Positions 27,801-37,406 of a stretch of 45,677 bases of DNA are shown one piece after another. This DNA comes from Sphaeroforma arctica JP610 (taxonomy: Eukaryota), in NCBI RefSeq assembly GCF_001186125.1, contig NW_014040279.1:50246-95922 (forward strand). The letters are read 5' to 3'. The position numbers were made by a program, and so were the translations under genes. The notes under the pieces are model-generated. The model ran no database searches, was not told the DNA's origin, and saw only the letters and a list, made by a program, of their open reading frames with translations. The stretch's first letter is position 1; every line of letters starts with the position of its first letter.

Positions 27801-30800
27801 TGCAGAAGAATCAGGATTGAGATTAGTATCAGTTGTAGGTATTCGTAGCTCAACCGAGTTTTAGTGTATGAATGTGAGATAGCGTCCACCGACACTGACG
27901 ATTTCTATAAATAATCAAACCATGGGAAGTGTGTATCTACCCTGTCCCTGTAAACCACATAAGGTGCAAAAGCACCCCTGTGACAGGTACTACAACACAC
28001 CCCAAATCAAAACAACAGAACAATTGCACATACCACACTACCAGTCTGGCCGTCCAGGGTGGCGTCTCCATCGTTGGCAATCGCCATACCCTCGGGGTAC
28101 GCCACAATGCTTACGACCGATAGACCTGACTCAAAGTCGCTAAAGGAATAGAATCCATCTACAGTGGTAGTAGTACTCGAGATGACATTGTTGGCCTCGC
28201 TTTGCATAGCCACACCCTCCACGCCCTGACCGCTGTGGTCTAGCACACGTCCAGAGATGCGAGTGGCATCCGAGTACACAAACGCATCTTGCTCGGTATA
28301 TACTTCGCCTGAGGCCAGGTCAACCACACGGTTGGGTGTACCGTAGCTGGGGCCACCCACGAGCGAGTACTCGCCTCCGGTGCCTGCAGTTGAAGGCAGA
28401 GTGATCACATACATACCCCCGGCCAGATTCTCAAACAAGAAATTGCCAGACGCATCCGTGGTGGCGACAATCGGCACGGTCATTCCGTCGCCTAGCAACG
28501 CCAGGTCCGTATTGGGCAGGAAGTCCACTACATAGTCCGTCTCATCCGCCCCGTCCTGTTTGATCACCTTGAGTTGTCCGCTGTAGGTGGCGTTCTGACC
28601 CACATTTGCCAGTGCGGGTGCGTCGTCATACTGGAAGTTCACGGCGGCACTGACTTCGTTAATGACAATTGCAATCTCTTTGCGCTCAGTATCAGAGCCA
28701 GCGATAGGGCTCCCGTCCATAAGGGTCTTGGGCACCACCACCTCATACGTGCCATCGATCTTATTGGTGAACGAATACACACCACGATCATCCGTGTTGG
28801 CAGTCTCAATCTCTTCGCCATCCTTGTACAGTGATACGGTGACGTATCCGGCACGGCGGCTCACATCTCCGTAGTACAAGATACCGGCCACACTGGCCTC
28901 GCCACTATAGTAGTAGTCCGGGATGTGTGTGGCGCTGCCCTGGGACACCTGGCACGTAGACTCGGGTCCACCCGCAACCAGTTCAAGCTTAGAAGCGGCA
29001 GTATCTCCAGACTGTAGTGGGGGCTTGATGGTGTAGGTACCCAGAGCAAGATCCGCAAAGACGAAGTCTCCGTTGTTGTCTGTTTTTACGACAGTCACCT
29101 CGTTATTGCTGTCCAATAATTGGATGTCTAGGAAAGAAGTTCCATTGGCAACGCTACTCGAAGACTTGGTTAGATCCACGGCACGCCCCGCGCAACTACC
29201 GGCACCTTGATCTATAAAAGGGAAAAGAAATAGTATGCAGTCAGGTCAACCCCATCCCATGTGTCTATGCATTCCGGATACGTACCTAGAACTATTTATT
29301 TCCAATTCTAAACCGGGTGTGAAAAAAAGAATCAGCCGTAAAAACCCCTCCTTGATATAAAACCAATACAGTACAAACAAGCAAAGAGATATCACCACAA
29401 AAACAACGCAACAACATACCCGGCAATCCCTTGGATTCACCCACCAGCTCGGTAGTACCCGTAGACCCAGAGGGAATGTAGCAGGGACCAGGTACGTACA
29501 ACTGTACCTGGAGTTTGGACACCTGAGCACCTCCTTCCATCAACTCGGCACGTGTGGGGACATCGAGATTGTCGATCAGACCAATGACTTCGAACGATTG
29601 ATCTTCCACGGACGAGATACCAAACGTATCCATCGCACCCTCACGCAGGGAATACTCGGGTAGTGTGCTGATGCCCATTTGGGTCACGGACAGCGTGGAG
29701 ACGGTCGCTGAGACAATAGTCATAGCCTCACCATTGCGCTCCACGGGATAGTCTAAGACCTCGCCGGGGGTATCGTACCGAACTTCCTCCGAATAGTACG
29801 CCTTCACGGCCGCCCTGTACTGCGTGGCGGTAGGCGTCTCAGTGATGCCGAAGTTACAATCACCAAATCGACTCACAAGCACGTTCATAGACACTTTCAT
29901 TCGGCAGGCATTGGTGATGTACATGTTATAGTCGCTGATAGCTTCTACAGCGTTGTTCTCGGTATTGCCCACTATATTGTCCATGATACCACAGCTCTGC
30001 ACGTGGATGTCATCCAGCACACGTCCTGCGTACACGGCACCTAGGTCTAACTCCAAAAACATCTTATTGTCTGCGAGACTGACAGCGGGTACTATAACAC
30101 CCACGTTGAAATCCGTGGCGGTCGCAACCGGATTGTTCAGTGCGCACCGACCATTTTCTCCCTCTAGGTAGATTCCTTCTAATTTTAGATCGACTGCGAC
30201 GTCTGAAGATGCGAATACGTTCGTTACCGCCGAGGAAATGATTGTATCCGTTGAATTGTCACCCCCGCCCATAATCGTAATTGTATTAATAATAGCTATT
30301 GTTGACTCTACTATATGTATACCGGGTGCTAGTACTAATGTGGCACCCTCAGGTGCACTATATATAGCCTCCTCTAAATCTCCAACTGCTACCGCTATGA
30401 CTACGGCTTCTTCCGCTGGTTCTTCGACTAGTTCCTGTAGACAAACAGAACAAGCAAAGTTTAAAATTTCGTTTGTATCCTTTCTCGAAACGAGACTGCC
30501 GTAATTTGACACTGATACTTGTGGCATTATGACTATGCAGGCATAAAATATTTCACTTCGATAACCAAGTCATATATAACTTAGGTATATTCGAATAGCT
30601 TTATTGCTAGTTGCACACAAGGAGGTGGACATATACAAATTAGACAAAATTGAGGCAATAACTACTGTAAAACCTATCGTAGACAAAAAACCCCCAAAAA
30701 CGAAGTCAACGCGGCTATTAGAAACATAGAAAATAATATCACACAAACACTCGCACTTGCAAAACAGGAACATTGCAATGAGCTGTCAAATCTCACCGGG

Positions 30801-31275
30801 TTGGGTGAGGTTGAATTTAAAACACATCTATTAAATAGACATCAAAGATGGTTTAACTGATTCACTTTGCATGTCTGCGAGAGAGCATGCATCGTTTGGG
30901 GAAACGACTACAAATGGATGAGAAAGACCAGTAATAGCACTCAGACACGCACTTCGTAATATCTTCATAAGATAAACGTCCATACAGTGCGTCCACTCCG
31001 GTCTACTACTATATATACTCGCCACAATTCCAATCATTATTATTTAGCGTCCCATGTAATATAACTATTCTAATTGATAACCACTAGACTGATGCAACCT
31101 GACTCGCGTCTCACCCTCGGCCATAGTACTACAAGAGTTGCAACGACACCATACACACGCCACTACATACAGCACATACCTGTCTAATGTGTCTCTCAAG
31201 CACAGATAACCCTGCATATACATTGTGTGCAGACGCCAAAAGCGCCAATGCGCTCACAAGATAGCTTTGGCGCAT
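24884..31275 (-). CDS. Large type-I membrane/cell-surface protein (~1680 aa): signal peptide, short beta-helix-like segment, CnaB/SdrD-B-like repeats, ZP-like regions, polybasic site, TM helix, disordered tail
   Basis: Phase-consistent exons (minus): 31275-31180 (MRQSYLVSALALLASAHNVYAG signal), 31128-31115, 30827-30797, 30434-29420, 29211-28034, 27799-27686, 27475-24884. Repeated TD..G.(Y/F).F..L..G.Y.V motifs, GGRRRRR, and TM segment IIMYSSILTGLAMLVCCGLSTMFAVVYM followed by RIRRNR. Confidence 0.85.
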
Positions 31276-32775
31276 TTTTATAGACTAGTCAAAATTAGAT
31301 CTCTGACAGAGATGGAGTAATTGATCTACGGTAGAACCCGAAGGAACCCCTGACGGGCGTGTACTTGCTTCTGTTTGTATTCTTTGTATATGTAGCGACT
31401 GTGTATATACCGTGATAAAAAAATTATGAGTGTATGTATTGAATGTAAAAATTGACAGTGCTTCAGGTGTCAAAACTCGTGCAATGTTGTGAAATCGCGG
31501 AGAATGCAGCACAATTAAAGGTTATTGTATTGTTTGTGTATGTCTCGGTTTCGGTATCAACGATCACGTTATACTGATATAGCGGGAGACAAGCACGTAT
31601 GTGTTGTGTGTGTGATGTGAGGCTTGCGTATGTAAATTCACACGACGGTAAACAGCTAAAGTGTTGTCTGCGTGTAGCTATAGCATGCGCTATTTAGGTG
31701 AGGTTCGCAATGCATATACTGTTGAATTCTGAAAACTCTATTGGAAGCGATGACACGTAGAATCCACACTTTCTTCATTCCAAAAAATAATATATGCGGG
31801 TTAAAATCCTTCGAATATTACATAAAATAATCACTGAAGAAAATTTGAAACCTTCGACCTATTTGATAACCCCGAATATATGACATATTTATTTTAATAA
31901 TTCCAGTATTAAAAAGGCTTTTGTTTTAAATATTTACTTCAACTAGAAATTATATGGTGAAACAATCGTACTTCAGTAGAACAGTCCAAAAATATAAATT
32001 GAAAATACAAAATTGAAAACGACCTGTCCAAAAATGAAATTTATAAATTATAGTAAAAGCAGGCTCCACGCATGTAACCACAATTCTGGGATTGGTGTAA
32101 GTTTGTTATTTTGCGATGTATGATGGATTTAATTGGGCTTTTTCTAAACCCGCTCCGAGAAATTTAAAATAACTGCCTCATTATGCGATGCTAACTGAAG
32201 GAGTATCGACATAGACTCTAAATTCAAAATTGCATATATATAAAAACATGATTTTAACATTTTAGCCAATTATATTCTAACGAGCATACAACAGAATACA
32301 CTATTTCTAAAAATTATTTACAAATTTGTCTTCTTTTCCTGATGGCATTTTTTGGAAAGTTTTGGGTTTGTTCATTTGTTTCTTAATTGAAGAGGGATGC
32401 GTATCTGTAATGTGTTTTTTAAAAACAAATTCTCGCCAGTTACTGTTTTTTCAATTTGTTTTAAAAAAAACCCAATATACAGTAGTCCCATAGCCTTCTA
32501 ATTTTTTTAAACAATTCCATTGAGGTATTTGTTTTAAAAAAAATGTTTTAAAAAACTACTTTTTTTAAAATAAAAGCATTGTTTGTTTTGTTTTTTTTCA
32601 AACACAAACTGAGTCATGTGGTCTGTGACTCTTGTGAGTTGTGAGTGTGAAGTTGTAAACTGTGAAATCAGAAACGATCATGATTCAATAAATAACCAGC
32701 AACAAGTAACGTCGGTGAGTCGGCGAGTCGGTGTTTTAAAATAAAAAAAGGAACTGTCAGAGAGACAGAGACTAA

Positions 32776-33173
32776 GGCCCTGTTTTTAAAACGGGTTCGG
32801 ATTTATGTTCGGATTTTCTCTATACCAATGGGTGGAGGCTAATTTTAAATTTTCAAATCTGAATATACATCCGAACGAGGGCAAACTTTCGAAGGCATCG
32901 TACCCTTCTATTTTTTTAAATACGTTCGGATTGGATTTACGGGATTCAGATTTTTTTTTCCTACGTAAACTCACTTTTGCGGTTTAAATACGTACTGGAA
33001 TTTAGGAAATGTGTTCAACTTCACAAGCTTTGTGATTGGTTAGTACGTAAACCAATTTTGTCCATTTTAAAGTAATAGTCCGAAATTTCATCTTGGACAT
33101 GCTTAAAGACAGGTTCACCCAAAAAAAAAAAATCCGAACATAAATCCGAACCCCCTTTTTAAAAATAAAAGAC
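32776..33173. mobile_element. MITE-like non-autonomous DNA element, possibly PIF/Harbinger (Tourist) type
   Basis: Perfect 25-bp inverted repeat gggttcggatttatgttcggatttt (32793-32817) / aaaatccgaacataaatccgaaccc (33129-33153), extended by tttttaaaa. Left end taa-GGCCCTGTTT. No coding capacity. Confidence 0.6.
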
Positions 33174-34559
33174 TGAGCCGCAGAAGTGTCATTTATCAGA
33201 GAGTAGGGACCCATCAGTCATCAGTGTCAGACCCAGAGTCCCAGACTGTACAATTGTATAGGATACACAGTCTGTCAGTCTCACAATATTTACTATTTAG
33301 TCAGTATGTATTTCTGTACAACAACTACTATGTATGTACTAGTATTTTCAGTCACCACTCTCCACTCTCCACCAAGTTATTTACCAACTCTCCATTCACC
33401 AATTCATAATCTTTTGGGGGGAAAATACTTTTTGTTTTACTCTTTGTTTTTACTCTCCTCTCTCACTACTAGAGTTTCTCTAGCCGCCTTCCAGAAGAAA
33501 AAAATATTTTTTAAAAACAATTACTATAGTTTTCAAAAACAAAGCACCCCCCACTCCGGCCACACGCCTTGTTGGCTCTCTAGTCCCTCACTAACTGGCA
33601 ACTGCCCCAAGGCCCAAGCAGTTGAAGACTTGAAGACTTGAAAGTTGAAGCCGTTGAACGAATTATTTATACACATCACTTTTTTTATTTTAATAAAAAA
33701 CCCATTTCAGAGAACTAACCTCAAACCGTTTTCCGTTAAAACTTTTATAAATCGAATAAATATAAATTTACGTTCAACTTTTATTTCATATGCGGTCCTT
33801 TGTATGCTGAAACGTGCAACTTGCGGGTCTAAATATTCGTGTGTGTACCATATTCACTATACGTACCAGTCCTATAAAAGCACTTAGGTAGACCCTTCTG
33901 ATCAATTGAATAAATATGCGTTTACGTTCAGCTTCTATCCCGTACCCCTATAACGTTATGAGCTTAGTCCGAGAAAAGTTTTTTATATATATTTGTTTAA
34001 AAAAACAACAACAATATAGTGCTTTAATTTCATGGTGTAAACGTAAAACGCTATTTATCTATACAATAGAACGATGGAACATTGCAACGAGAACTATTTA
34101 ACGAGAATAAAATAACGTTATGACTTGAAAGTTGTAGGTAGTACAGATTGCAATGATGGGTAGATAAACAAATATGGGATTACCAATGGAAACTCAACCA
34201 AAGATCTACGAATCATTTAAAGTTGTACACCATAGCCCCAAGGGCCCAGGGTCCAAGGCTCCGGGGCACCGTCAAGGCTCTAGAGGGCGTCCAAGCTCCA
34301 GCAGTCCAGTTCCAAACTCCAGCCTCCGGCAGTCCAGCCTCTACTACACAAATGTATAGTCCGTGTACGACCCCATGTACAACTTGAGTCCCCGGTACAA
34401 ATTGACCCAGCTTCTTTTTGTTTTTTCGTTTAAAAAAACAATTTAATACTTGGAAAATTTTGCACTTTTGCATTTTTACACACTCGTTTATCACATCGAT
34501 CTTTATTGTTGTTGTTCATGTTGTAGCACTTTTGTCAATTGCTTGTCCTTTCTCTTTAC

Positions 34560-35494
34560 ACTACCTCTCTCTGCGTGCAAAAAGACTCGCCGGTTTGTTT
34601 CCATTTGTACCTCTCTCGTACTCTTCCCAGAGTATTCTGAGTGATTTCGGACCGTCTATCAACTCAGCGGGATGTTGTGTGTGCTCTCACTATTTGCATT
34701 ATCGTTGTTGTTTGGCTGGTTTCCACTAGTAGCAACTTGTCTTGCACGGAAATTCAGGGTATTGAACTGGCTCATCAGCTCACGCCGTGTTCGCTTGAGC
34801 TCCGCCCTCAGCTGCTGAATTAGTGCGCAACTTTTTGCTTCAGAAGTCTGTAACATTTGTTTTAAATTTCTAACTTGTGCTATCAAGGATATAATTTGAT
34901 TTTGCAATTCTGTAACATTGATAGCATTAGGATTAGCATTGGAACTAATGCCCTCTACCTCTTGAGCACAGAAATCGTCAGCACCTGCAATGATGATGAC
35001 AACTGGCACACGTAAAATAACCTTCTGTATTTCGTCATCTGATATTTTTGAACTGATATTCTTGATCAAGGTGATACAATGTTCATGAAAAGTATCATGG
35101 ACGACAATACTTTTATCAAGACCCAGCCACAACGCAATAGTAGCTATTATTCTTTTGTGCTGCGCGTGCAAAAAAAAAAAAGGAAGATAGTACAGACCTT
35201 CAACAACAGTACTCAAAACTTTAGAGCTAACAATAGCACTAGAATCATTGCTAACACGATACTTACAGCCCCACGCGATTCACAAAGAATTTCAGACACT
35301 CTCGCATCAGGGAATGTCATAAAATCACTTGAATATGTATCCACTTGTCTAGTCCCTCGTATTTGACTTCTGCCCCTCTTACTCTTTGCCAATCTACCTC
35401 GAGCCTCCGCATGATCTTTTGTGAGCCTTCGTCGCTGTATATATGTTGCACTACTATTTACGCACATTATGCGTACCAAGTTCACTTAGTTCAC
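34560..35494 (-). mobile_element. Decayed Crypton-like DNA transposon (tyrosine recombinase C-terminus + coiled coil + GCR1_C domain)
   Basis: Frameshifted minus-strand pieces: LGTHNVRK (YR HxxR motif), ATYIQRRRLTKDHAEARGR...DTY...FPDARVSEILC, a coiled coil, then PAELIDGPKSLRILWEEYERGTNGNKPASLFARRER* (GCR1_C-like). The 5' part is lost in the N gap. Confidence 0.72.
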
Positions 35495-35797
35495 NNNNNN
35501 NNNNNNNNNNNNNNNNNNNNNNNNNNNNNNNNNNNNNNNNNNNNNNNNNNNNNNNNNNNNNNNNNNNNNNNNNNNNNNNNNNNNNNNNNNNNNNNNNNNN
35601 NNNNNNNNNNNNNNNNNNNNNNNNNNNNNNNNNNNNNNNNNNNNNNNNNNNNNNNNNNNNNNNNNNNNNNNNNNNNNNNNNNNNGTTTCTTCCCATCAAT
35701 CTTTCCGGAACCACTACAGCGACTATGAGAGCCATACCATATGTTCATACATTGTATCATACATACTTGCCATTTTTGAAATAAATCCTATTATCCC

Positions 35798-36011
35798 TGT
35801 TAAGAGTACGTTTATAATTTACATACTGCTTAAGAGTACGTTTATAATTTACATACTGCTTAAGAGTACGTTTATAGCATAGAGTCTAATGTGGAGGCCC
35901 GGCTATAACATAGACAAGTTGTTCTTGGATCTCTAGACCCATATATTTGTGCACTATCAGCACTCACAGCACATATCATTGATCGACCTCGTGGTCGTTC
36001 AACATTTAACA
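35798..36011 (+). repeat. Putative 5' LTR (214 bp)
   Basis: Begins TGTTAA and ends TTAACA (inverted termini), contains a 30-bp tandem repeat x2.5, and lies just upstream of gag. There is no second copy to confirm it. Confidence 0.55.
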
Positions 36012-36238
36012 ACTTAGTTCTCGGCTATATGTTCACATTCAATGGATCGACTGGGCGAGACGAGAAATTAAGAACCGATGTCCCAACCACTATCCGAGGA
36101 ATAGAGCACCGAAAGGCCTCGACCATGGACTTTACAAGGGGTAATAAACGCCCCCGTTAACGTGTTAACGATGTCGAATTTAATTGCTTCGATCGCACAG
36201 CACTATATCAACCCGCAGAGGATTTTCATTCTGACGAG

Positions 36239-37406
36239 GTGACCGAACTTAACAAATCGGTCGACGATTACACCATTAAAATGGAAATCGCTCACGATGC
36301 GCATCATGCTGAGGATGTATCATATTTTGCTAATATGATTGCGATAAAGCAAAAGCGCATCGATCAGCTACTTCAGGCCCAACGTGGACAAGACCACATG
36401 GATAACCGGAAGTACAAAGGACAGATCAGTCGACTTAAGTCGAATTGGGATGCCAACAGTAAGAATTGGGATGCCAACAGTAAGAAGGTCGATTTTATAA
36501 ACAACCATGGCCTCGACACGCTAACCCGTACGCTTATTGCGTTTACGGTCATGCTGGAGACGAATGATATCGCTCCTCAGCAATGGATCTGTGTTTTAAT
36601 GCAGACGTTTGACCCTACAGGTACAAGTTATTTGATCCTGCAGCGACACCAACCTGAGGTAGACACTTGTCGTGACTGGCCAGCTGTGTGTTGGTTGGTT
36701 CCATTTGTTAAGTAAGGACATGCGTAGCCCAGGACTGAGTTTAATTTTAACTGAACCAGTTGAGAACACGCTCATTCAGAGTTATATTCTGAAGCTAGAT
36801 GCTGACCTGAAACGTCCAAATAAAACAAAGGACAAGGCACAGCGATGGTGCGAGTTCCTGGCTGTGCACGTGTTCTGTAAGAACATAGGGAATAACGACC
36901 GTGAGAGCCTGTACACCGAGTTGCGACGTAAACACGCGATTGAGACTCGAGACAAGGGACATGAAACAAAGTTTTATCTATCCTGACTTACGTGGGAACA
37001 GTTTTATGATACTGTATCCACCCTTTTCCCCGCACACCGAGTAACATCGAAAGGAAAAGTGGCTGTTAAGAAGCCGCGGGAACACACCGATCACGGATAC
37101 GTATCCAGGTAGACCTCAAACGAGAGACCCCAACATACACGTGCTCGCGACTCCACTCTATTCACGCGACCCAATAAACGGGCACTCGCGGAGGCGAAGG
37201 ACAAGGCACCTCCATTTAAAGAGGTTAAGAAATGTGCCGACGCACAGTGTGGGTATGACATGTACCAGTTAACCCCTAACGGTCATTGGAATGGTAGACA
37301 TGCATCCACCTGTACACACTTTCTTACTAAGTGTGACAAGTGTGAGAAGACCAATGGTTATCACACTAAGTCTTGTGACCGAAAGCCCAACATTAAGTTG
37401 GAGTAA
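36239..37406 (+). pseudogene. gag: gag (disrupted) with two Cys/His knuckle-like motifs
   Basis: ORF fragments 36239-36715 and 36672-36986, then KCADAQC...GRHASTC and KCDKCEKTNGYHTKSC, ending with TAA at 37404-37406. Confidence 0.6.

Noticed and set aside
24924..28874. Many plus-strand ORFs
   Set aside because: Antisense shadows of the GC-rich minus-strand surface-protein exons.
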